Source: an uncultured Saprospiraceae bacterium (GTDB taxonomy: Bacteria > Bacteroidota > Bacteroidia > Chitinophagales > Saprospiraceae). From it: 64,000 nucleotides of DNA. A program made the translations under genes and the position numbers. The notes under the pieces are model-generated. The model did no database searches, was not told the DNA's origin, and was given only the letters and a program-made list of their open reading frames with translations. The stretch covers positions 966-64,965 of the forward strand of contig CAKZVK010000019.1 in the NCBI GenBank assembly GCA_937921825.1. Direction: 5' to 3'. Shown piece after piece: positions 10,368 to 17,850 of the stretch. How positions within the stretch are numbered: position 1 is the stretch's first letter; every line of letters starts with the position of its first letter.

Positions 10368-12491
10368 CTAGGCGACTACTGCTTCTAAAGTAGACTCCTT
10401 GATCAGTTGCTTCTGTAAGTCACCAGGCAGTTTCATATATTCAGAGAATTCTCGCGTATACTTTGCCCTACCCTGGCTCAAAGCCCTAAGAGAAGCATTG
10501 TACTTATACATTTCTGCCAGTGGTACTTTGACATTTATCTTTTGATAGTGTCCATCACTATCCATTCCCTGAATGATCGCACGTCTAGTCTGCAGATCAC
10601 TCATTATGTCCCCCATAGATTCATCAGGACAGAGTATTTCTACATTATAGATAGGTTCTAGCAACTGAGGCTTGGCATTTTCGAAAGCCGTCTTGAAGGC
10701 TTGACTAGCCGCTATCATAAAGGCCATATCATTTGAGTCCACCGAGTGCATCTTGCCATCATATATAGCCACTCTTATGTTCTGGCAGCGAGAACCTGTC
10801 AGCGGCCCCTCCTCCATTTTATTCATAATGCCTTTCTTTATCGCATTGATATATTTGCTATCTATAGCTCCTCCGACGATACACCAGAGAAACTCTAGCT
10901 TGCCACCCCATGGCAATTCTTCTGTTTGCTTTTGTTTGACATTGAGATCAGAGGGATCTGCCATTCCTTCATAGTAAGGTTCTATACGCATAGATACCTG
11001 AGCAAACTGCCCCGAACCTCCGGATTGCTTCTTATGTCGATATTCTTCATCTGCACTGATCGTAATGGTCTCCCGATATGGAATCTTTGGTTTTTCAAAC
11101 TCCATCAGGATACCATTCACTTTTTCTATTCTGTACCTTATAAGATCTAAATGCAGCTGCCCCTGACCATGAAGCAAGGTCTGCTTAAGTGTCGCAGACT
11201 GCTCTACATGAAGAGAAGGATCTTCTTCTTCTATCTGATGCAGGGCTCTCATAAGTTTTTCCATGTCATTTTTGCCTGGCGGCTTGATAGCGACTCTTAT
11301 CTTGGATGGCGGAAAGGTCATCTTCATGACTTGCATTTCGGCACCCTTGCCTGACAAAGTATCATTGGTATGTGAATTTTTTAATTTTACAGTAGCACCT
11401 ATATCTCCCGCGATGAGACTATCCGTAGCGACCCTTACCTTACCGAGAGAAAGAAAGATTTGGTTAATACGTTCGGAAGAACGATTAGATTGATTCACCA
11501 GGTCTTCGCCTGCGCTCAGCTTACCAGAATATACCTTAAAGTATGAAACCATCCCGACCTGAGGCTCTGACATACTTTTATATACAAAGGCCAGATTAGG
11601 ACCCTGCTCAGAAATATCTAACTCTCCGCCGGTCTCCATAGGGACGGGTGGTCTATCAGATGGACAAGGCGCAATGTCGTTTATAAAACCCATAATTCTT
11701 CCACTACCCATGTTCTGAATTGCAGAACTGCAGAACACAGGATAGATCTGCTGATTAGCTAGTGCCACAGTGAGCCCTTCAGCAAGCTCTTCCTCATTGA
11801 GACTACCAGCCTCAAAAAACTTCTCCATCAGCGTCTCATCGTTTTCAGCAGCAGCCTCTACGAGCTGATTGTGCATTTCTTGAGCTTGCTGAACATAAGC
11901 TTCAGGTATCGGTTTTTTTTCGGGCTTTCCTCCATTGGTAGAAAATTCATAAAGGACCATTCTCAGCGCATCTACTATAGAGGTGAATCCTGTTCCTTGG
12001 TTTATTGGGAATTGTACAGGAATGACTTTGGCTCCAAATCGGCTTTTTATTTGTTCGTATGCAGTATCATAATCAGCTTTTTCATGATCTAGCTGATTGA
12101 CCACAAACATTGTCGGTGTCTTAAAATCATTGACATAGGACCAGACGAGTTCGGTCCCTACTTCTACTCCTTGAGATCCATTAATTATGATTAATGCAGT
12201 ATCTGCGACTTTCAGTGCGGAGATCACTTCTGCATTGAAGTCATCCAGACCTGGCGTATCGATAATATTAATCTTACGGTCTCTCCAATGAGTATGCATT
12301 AGGGTGCTGAATACTGAATTACCTCTTTCCTTTTCAATATTGGTAAAATCAGAAACGGTGGTTCCATTTTCTACTGTACCTCTTCTATTAATCGCTCCAG
12401 ACTCAAATAACATAGTTTCAGAAAACGTCGTTTTGCCGGAACCCGAATGCCCAATAAGGCATATGTTCCGTATGTTTTTAGTAGTAAGCAT
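10368..12491 (-). CDS. Elongation factor G paralogue (EF-G-like translational GTPase, divergent G domain)
   Basis: 707 aa and collinear with EF-G: P-loop GHSGSGKTT, G3 DTPGLDDF, G4 NQLD, and domain IV/V-like regions. See findings for the deviations. Confidence 0.85.
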   Translation of the reverse strand: MLTTKNIRNICLIGHSGSGKTTFSETMLFESGAINRRGTVENGTTVSDFTNIEKERGNSVFSTLMHTHWRDRKINIIDTPGLDDFNAEVISALKVADTALIIINGSQGVEVGTELVWSYVNDFKTPTMFVVNQLDHEKADYDTAYEQIKSRFGAKVIPVQFPINQGTGFTSIVDALRMVLYEFSTNGGKPEKKPIPEAYVQQAQEMHNQLVEAAAENDETLMEKFFEAGSLNEEELAEGLTVALANQQIYPVFCSSAIQNMGSGRIMGFINDIAPCPSDRPPVPMETGGELDISEQGPNLAFVYKSMSEPQVGMVSYFKVYSGKLSAGEDLVNQSNRSSERINQIFLSLGKVRVATDSLIAGDIGATVKLKNSHTNDTLSGKGAEMQVMKMTFPPSKIRVAIKPPGKNDMEKLMRALHQIEEEDPSLHVEQSATLKQTLLHGQGQLHLDLIRYRIEKVNGILMEFEKPKIPYRETITISADEEYRHKKQSGGSGQFAQVSMRIEPYYEGMADPSDLNVKQKQTEELPWGGKLEFLWCIVGGAIDSKYINAIKKGIMNKMEEGPLTGSRCQNIRVAIYDGKMHSVDSNDMAFMIAASQAFKTAFENAKPQLLEPIYNVEILCPDESMGDIMSDLQTRRAIIQGMDSDGHYQKINVKVPLAEMYKYNASLRALSQGRAKYTREFSEYMKLPGDLQKQLIKESTLEAVVA

Positions 12492-12786
12492 GATGAGAAA
12501 TTATATTTTATGAAAAAATAGAATGCGATATATTAATTCGCATTTAAAAGATAGTAAAATATATACAGTAAACAGAACGGATAATCACGTAATATAATTT
12601 GTGGTAGAAAAAATTTACATATATAAAATTTTGTAATACTTAAGCAATTGACTGCTAATGCATGGAAAATATTAGTTTTAAGACCATTTGTATTGAAATA
12701 ATTTACTTTTGAAGAATTATTATCTGATATAATTCCTATATTTAATAGAGTATTTGCCTTATATGGGTATTTATAAAACAAATGAC

Positions 12787-13146
12787 ATGAAAGTACATAG
12801 CCGAGAACTCCTTTTATTCTATAATCCTCAATCAAGCGCAGATAGAAAGACCCTAGCTCATGCTAGAGGGACAGGTCAGAAAGTGATCTCTTACGACCAT
12901 AAAAATTCTCGTTCGACCACCACTATCTGGCGATCGATACTCTCTACCATGAATAAACATCCTAAAGAACTTCTAAATAAAGCCCACCCTTATTATCAAG
13001 CCAATATCAAAGGCAAGGAATTCGACATGCATGGATGGCTCAACATCTTGCAGCGCAATCCTGACTTGATAAGGCATCCCATCGCAATCAAAGGCAGTAA
13101 AGCCATATTCTGCGAAACACCAACTGATGTGTACAAAATTGCTTAA
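12787..13146 (+). CDS. ArsC/Spx-family thioredoxin-fold protein lacking the N-terminal redox Cys
   Basis: About 119 aa counted from MKVHSRELLLFYNP. The C-terminal LIRHPIAIKG resembles the ArsC/YffB family (L.RPI..). The ORF track starts at 12754 and I prefer the ATG at 12787. Confidence 0.5.
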   Translation: MKVHSRELLLFYNPQSSADRKTLAHARGTGQKVISYDHKNSRSTTTIWRSILSTMNKHPKELLNKAHPYYQANIKGKEFDMHGWLNILQRNPDLIRHPIAIKGSKAIFCETPTDVYKIA

Positions 13147-13167
13147 AGAACATCGTGCACAAAAAAA

Positions 13168-13191
13168 AGAGGGACTCATCCGAGTCCCTCT
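13168..13191. terminator. Bidirectional rho-independent terminator between convergent genes
   Basis: 10-bp stem AGAGGGACTC/GAGTCCCTCT with loop ATCC. It is flanked by an A-run upstream and a T-rich tract downstream. Confidence 0.75.
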
Positions 13192-13219
13192 ACTTTATTT
13201 ATTAGTTTTTTATTTCTGC

Positions 13220-14635
13220 CTAGCTCTTAATGAACCTATGGACATATTTATTAGTGCCCTCTATAAGAACTAAATAATAAACGCCTGCTTCTAGGTGATC
13301 TACAACTAATCTTCTTGCTGCCTTCTGTTTATGCACCATCTTTCCATTCATGTCATAGATCTGCAGATCCATACCTATGATATTTCCGTCTTTATCATCT
13401 ATGATTAAGAAATCCTTGACTGGGTTAGGATACAGCTCTATCTCACTAGGTACAGGTACAAAAGCACTACTGGCTACATTTCTAGCTATAGAAACATAAG
13501 AGCCTGAGATTCCATTTTCTGCAAAAGAGTTAGCGATATACAACACCTCTCTATTTCTAGTATATACTACATCAAGAGATACAGATTCATCTGTAAGCAA
13601 TCTAGAAGTGTAGTAATCTAATTCATTTCCTTCATTGTCTATTTGCAATACGAAGGCATCAGTTTTTTCTCTTCCATCCTCTTCACCTCCCACATGTCCT
13701 GTGATAGCAAAGATGTTCGTTCTGATTGCCTTAATCCCCGAAAAAGTAAAATGTGCAGTCTCGAAGTCTGGATTGTCAAGGTACTCTGAGTCGAAACGCT
13801 TTTCCCACAATAACTCTCCATTCTGATCATAAGCTACAGCAATACCTTGCATATGATTAGGATTAGCCTCGTCTACTACTGTACCTACTGCATACACATC
13901 TTGATCATAAGAGACCATGACATCATGTAGTTTGATATCACCCTGGTCTAAGCTTTTCTCCCAGATCAAATCTCTGAATCTACCGAATCTCAATAAATGA
14001 GCTGTACTAGCATTAGTCAAACTATCTATACTGTTATAGCCATCTACGACACCAGCATCTCTAAAGAGACCTATACCTATAGAACCAGCTATATCAGGAA
14101 ATAGATTATTGAATTTTTGACTACCGATCTCCTCATTTGTAGTATTAATACTTGTATGCAAGAGCCCTTTGATACCATCCTTAAGTGCAGAAGATACAAC
14201 GATTACAAAATCATTGTTCTCAAGAACCTGATAAGCATCGATGCTTTCAAATTCTGACTCTTCGATATTGTAAAGGAATCTTGTCTCGGCTAGGTCTAGA
14301 CTAGAGACAAAAATATCTCCGTTAGATCTCACGTGGAACAATTCATTATTAGCGGTCTCTTTGGTAAAGACAATTTCTCCAGAGGAGCTACAGCTCTCAC
14401 AAATAGGTTTTCTAGCAAGCTCTTCCCCATCTGAGGAGATCAAAATGACTAGGTCAGATTTGTTTCCAATCTCGAAGGTTCTACCGGATAACAAAAAGTT
14501 GCCATTAGAGAGCCTCACGACTTGCTTCATTTCTTCTCGCTCCTCAAAGGTGGTAACCCAAGGTGCTTCTTGAGAATAGCAAAAAAACGGTAATAGTGCG
14601 AGCATGATCATGCTCCATCTTAGATGTAAGTTCAT
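13220..14635 (-). CDS. Secreted hypothetical protein with T9SS C-terminal sorting domain
   Basis: N-terminal signal peptide (MIMLALLPFFCYSQ). C-terminus LYPNPVKDFLII...GVYYLVLIEGTNKYVHRFIKS. Confidence 0.75.
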   Translation of the reverse strand: MNLHLRWSMIMLALLPFFCYSQEAPWVTTFEEREEMKQVVRLSNGNFLLSGRTFEIGNKSDLVILISSDGEELARKPICESCSSSGEIVFTKETANNELFHVRSNGDIFVSSLDLAETRFLYNIEESEFESIDAYQVLENNDFVIVVSSALKDGIKGLLHTSINTTNEEIGSQKFNNLFPDIAGSIGIGLFRDAGVVDGYNSIDSLTNASTAHLLRFGRFRDLIWEKSLDQGDIKLHDVMVSYDQDVYAVGTVVDEANPNHMQGIAVAYDQNGELLWEKRFDSEYLDNPDFETAHFTFSGIKAIRTNIFAITGHVGGEEDGREKTDAFVLQIDNEGNELDYYTSRLLTDESVSLDVVYTRNREVLYIANSFAENGISGSYVSIARNVASSAFVPVPSEIELYPNPVKDFLIIDDKDGNIIGMDLQIYDMNGKMVHKQKAARRLVVDHLEAGVYYLVLIEGTNKYVHRFIKS

Positions 14636-14695
14636 TCTTCAGGTTTATCTTACCTGTTACCCTGCAAAAAACTTACCAAATTGTACAAGATAAAA

Positions 14696-15109
14696 TTACT
14701 GGCAGTCTGCGCAGACCCCAGTGAGCGCTAGATTTATACTTTTGACTTGATACTGATCTGGCAATTGGATCTCTAAACTACCCGCATCTTCGAGGCAATA
14801 AGTAGTGTCGCAATGCTCACAGTGAAAATGCGCATGCTCTTTATTAGCTCTATGTACCTCACACTGATCATGACATAAGGCAAACTTGCTCTCGCCTTTA
14901 CCATCAGTCACCTGATGAATAAGTCCCTTGTCTTCAAAACTCTTAAGTGTTCGATACAAAGTGATTCTATCATGTGCCCCCAAGAGGGACTCTATCTGGC
15001 TAGTAGAAAGCGCAGAATGAGGCTTAATGTTGAATACCTCTACGACCCTCTGCCTGAAAGGTGTATTACGTAATTTGTATCTTTTTAGAATGGCTTCTGT
15101 CTCACTCAC
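14696..15109 (-). CDS. Fur-family metalloregulator
   Basis: 137 aa. Winged-helix N-terminal half, HAHFHCEHC...CADC metal-site motifs, and family-typical size. Confidence 0.85.
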   Translation of the reverse strand: MSETEAILKRYKLRNTPFRQRVVEVFNIKPHSALSTSQIESLLGAHDRITLYRTLKSFEDKGLIHQVTDGKGESKFALCHDQCEVHRANKEHAHFHCEHCDTTYCLEDAGSLEIQLPDQYQVKSINLALTGVCADCQ

Positions 15110-15143
15110 AGATACAAATCTAGCTTTAACTTGGCTTTTTTCC

Positions 15144-15164
15144 TATATTTGCAACAACATTGCA
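15144..15164 (+). promoter_or_regulatory. Candidate -7 box (TATATTTG) overlapped by the short palindrome TGCAA-N5-TTGCA
   Basis: TATATTTG at 15144-15151 matches TAnnTTTG. The inverted repeat TGCAA/TTGCA lies at 15150-15164, in the Fur/MerC-like divergent intergenic region. Confidence 0.3.
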
Positions 15165-15174
15165 TTTAGCTCGA

Positions 15175-15543
15175 ATGAATAGAAATCTGAGAAAACTGGA
15201 CTATTGGGGAACGACCACTTCCTTATTATGTGCTATACACTGTGCCTTGTTGCCAGTTCTCATCTCCTACGGCTATGTAAAAGCAAGTGCTTTGATGAGT
15301 CACCCCTTGCTAGAAGTTTTGATACTAGGGACTACGGCTGTCTTAGTCTACCTCTCAATTCTCAAGCCCTATCTTCAAAATAAAGAAAAGCCTTTGCCCT
15401 TTTACCTGGCAATCGGGGGAATCATCCTCATTCTTACCCACCATATGATACCTTTCGGCCATAGTTTTGTGATTATTCTGGGAGGTCTTATGATCGCTTC
15501 CAGTCATTTATTGAACCTCAAAGAGTCTAAAAGCACGACTTAA
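15175..15543 (+). CDS. MerC-domain inner-membrane protein
   Basis: Four hydrophobic helices. The first carries LLCAIHCALLP, the MerC-family signature. I prefer the ATG at 15175 to the TTG at 15160. Confidence 0.7.
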   Translation: MNRNLRKLDYWGTTTSLLCAIHCALLPVLISYGYVKASALMSHPLLEVLILGTTAVLVYLSILKPYLQNKEKPLPFYLAIGGIILILTHHMIPFGHSFVIILGGLMIASSHLLNLKESKSTT

Positions 15544-15769
15544 GAGCTAGACCACTTAACGTATTATCTAGGAAAGGGTAAATATTTCCATGTATAACTG
15601 AACCTTTTAGCTAAAATGCACGTATTTTTGGTATATAGTTGGTGGAAATGAAAAGTCAGAACCCGACTATAATTTCTTGTAATGATTTTTTTAGCCTTAG
15701 ATAGAATAACTCTAGTTTAAATTTTGCTTTATAAAATCTTACTTTTTTATAACTTTTTTAATTTTTATC

Positions 15770-16042
15770 ATGAACATTTTTGTAGCAAAATTAAACTACA
15801 GCACTGAAGATGGAACTGTAAGAGACGCATTCGAAAGATTCGGCGCAGTTGAATCAGTGAAAATTATTTTCGACAGAGACACTGGCCGTTCTAAAGGTTA
15901 TGGCTTTGTAGAAATGCCTGACAGCGGAGAAGGACAAAGTGCAATCGATGCACTTAACGAATCTGAGCTAGACGGTAGAACTATCGTAGTAAAAGAAGCT
16001 AGACCTCGTGAAGGCGGAGGCGGTGGAGGAAGAAGATATTAA
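15770..16042 (+). CDS. RRM-type RNA-binding protein with glycine-rich tail
   Basis: RNP2 NIFVAKL, RNP1 KGYGFVEM, and C-terminal GGGGGGRR. Confidence 0.9.
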   Translation: MNIFVAKLNYSTEDGTVRDAFERFGAVESVKIIFDRDTGRSKGYGFVEMPDSGEGQSAIDALNESELDGRTIVVKEARPREGGGGGGRRY

Positions 16043-16099
16043 TCTAAACTTCCCTTCTTATTAAGAACAGAAGAAAATATTAAAATATATATTTTTCTC

Positions 16100-16137
16100 G
16101 AGGGCTTCATTCCAAATGAAGCCCTCTTCTTTTTTTC
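16100..16137 (+). terminator. Rho-independent terminator of the RRM gene
   Basis: 11-bp stem GAGGGCTTCAT/ATGAAGCCCTC with loop TCCAA, followed by TTCTTTTTTT. Confidence 0.85.
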
Positions 16138-16266
16138 TACCAGTCAATGTATAAGCACATTCTCCCAAAAATCTACAAGAACAAGACCTTCAAATTGCCT
16201 TTGGCTCCCTCAGGATATAGTAATTTATATGAGAGTTTATTCATTGATAAGAATCACGGTTAATTC

Positions 16267-16274
16267 TAAATTTG
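16267..16274 (+). promoter_or_regulatory. Candidate -7 promoter box (TAAATTTG) upstream of ddl
   Basis: Matches TAnnTTTG about 30 nt upstream of the GTG start at 16305. Confidence 0.3.
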
Positions 16275-16304
16275 TGAGCTCCATCATATATAACTAAGAT
16301 AGAA

Positions 16305-17399
16305 GTGGATAAGCATAAAATTAAAGTTGCAATCATCTTCGGTGGGAGATCACCAGAACATCAGATATCATTACTTTCTGCACAGAACGTATTAGCATCT
16401 CTAGATAAGGATATATACGACCCCCTGCTCATAAGTATAGATAAAAATGGAACATGGCAGCTCAATGGTGACTCTATGATCTTAGATCATGCCGAGGACC
16501 CCAACAAAATTGCCTTAGGCAAAATAGACCGCCCTATCCTACTCTCTCAAAACACCAATGAGAGATCTATCTTATCTGCAAGAACCCAAGAGCCCCTTGG
16601 CAAAGTAGATGTGATCTTCCCAGTTCTTCATGGGACCTTTGGAGAGGATGGTTCCATACAAGGTTTTGCTAAGCTCGCCAATATTCCTTGTGTCGGTTGC
16701 GGCATCTTAGGATCTGCAGTGGGTATGGACAAGGATATGATGAAACATGTCTTACGATCAGCAGGTATCAAAGTGGCAAAATGGGCAACAATCAGAAATA
16801 GTGTAGCTAATGCAGACTACAAGAAAATAGAAGCCGTACTCGGCAATGAGCTATTTATAAAACCTGCCAATCTGGGCTCTTCTGTCGGTGTCTCCTATAC
16901 TAAAAACGAACATGAATTTGATCATGCTCTGGCAGCCGCTCTCAAGTATGATCACAAAGTCATCATAGAAGAAAAGATAGTCGGAAGAGAAATAGAATGT
17001 GCAGTACTCGGTAATGCAGAACCAAAAGCCTCTGTACCGGCGGAAGTCACGGTAGCTGAGGGTTTCTATTCTTATGAAAATAAATACCTAGACGAGAAAG
17101 GTGCACAACTTTCTATTCCAGCAGACCTTACAGAAACTCAAGTCAAAAGAGTACAAGAGCTCGCCGTACGTACCTACGAGCAGTTAGAATGCAGAGGAAT
17201 GACCCGTGTAGACATGTTCTTAACTGAGGACGATGAACTCATCATCAACGAAATAAATACCATTCCGGGCTTTACGAATGTCAGCATGTACCCTAAAATG
17301 TGGGAAGCGAGTGGTCTCTCACAGACGGACCTTATCTCTAGACTTATAGAACTGGCCATAGAAGAAAACAATAAAGAAAATCAACTTCTACTGACATGA
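16305..17399 (+). CDS. ddl: D-alanine--D-alanine ligase
   Basis: 364 aa. KVAIIFGGRSPEHQISLLSA N-terminus, ATP-grasp motifs (FIKPANLGSSVGV, EINTIPGFT). GTG start. Confidence 0.92.
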   Translation: MDKHKIKVAIIFGGRSPEHQISLLSAQNVLASLDKDIYDPLLISIDKNGTWQLNGDSMILDHAEDPNKIALGKIDRPILLSQNTNERSILSARTQEPLGKVDVIFPVLHGTFGEDGSIQGFAKLANIPCVGCGILGSAVGMDKDMMKHVLRSAGIKVAKWATIRNSVANADYKKIEAVLGNELFIKPANLGSSVGVSYTKNEHEFDHALAAALKYDHKVIIEEKIVGREIECAVLGNAEPKASVPAEVTVAEGFYSYENKYLDEKGAQLSIPADLTETQVKRVQELAVRTYEQLECRGMTRVDMFLTEDDELIINEINTIPGFTNVSMYPKMWEASGLSQTDLISRLIELAIEENNKENQLLLT

Positions 17400-17839
17400 T
17401 AATCAGACAGGCCACAGAAGCAGATCTGGAACAGGTCGTAGTACTTTTTGATGCCTACAGAGTATGGTATAGAAAAGAATCAAACAAAGTACAAGCTGAG
17501 GCGTTTATAAAAAGTAGGTTAGCCATTAAAGATTCTGTCATATATGTAGCAGAGTCTGAAGGACGACTTACTGGATTCACACAGCTCTATCCCCTATTCT
17601 CTTCAGTGAGAATGAAAAAGATGTGGCTCCTGAATGATCTTTATGTTATGAAGACTCACAGAGGCAAAGGCCACTCTAGAATGCTCATAGCAGAGGCAAA
17701 AAAACTTTGTGTAAATACAGACGCCTGTGGTATCCTTTTGGAAACCGAAACGTCTAATGATATAGGAAATCGATTGTATCCCTCGGAAGATTTCCACTTA
17801 GAAGAAAACAATTTTTATTTCTGGACTAACAACAATTAG
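17396..17839 (+). CDS. GNAT-family N-acetyltransferase
   Basis: 147 aa. Acetyl-CoA motif region HRGKGHSRMLIAEA. Overlaps the ddl stop by 4 nt. Confidence 0.75.
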   Translation: MIIRQATEADLEQVVVLFDAYRVWYRKESNKVQAEAFIKSRLAIKDSVIYVAESEGRLTGFTQLYPLFSSVRMKKMWLLNDLYVMKTHRGKGHSRMLIAEAKKLCVNTDACGILLETETSNDIGNRLYPSEDFHLEENNFYFWTNNN

Positions 17840-17850
17840 ATCTTTACAGT

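Noticed and set aside
10753-12513. Six plus-strand ORFs of 67-76 aa antisense to the EF-G paralogue.
   Set aside because: They are nested antisense ORFs with no motifs. The minus-strand gene explains the region.
12533-12835. 100-aa minus-strand ORF in the EF-G / ArsC-like divergent intergenic region.
   Set aside because: The region is extremely AT-rich and promoter-like. The product is an Ile/Tyr/Asn/Phe-rich string typical of random AT-rich translation, and it overlaps the start of the plus-strand gene.
15160-15174. TTG start (track coordinate 15160) for the MerC-like gene.
   Set aside because: It would place the start codon inside the predicted -7 box/dyad. The in-frame ATG at 15175 is the more plausible start.
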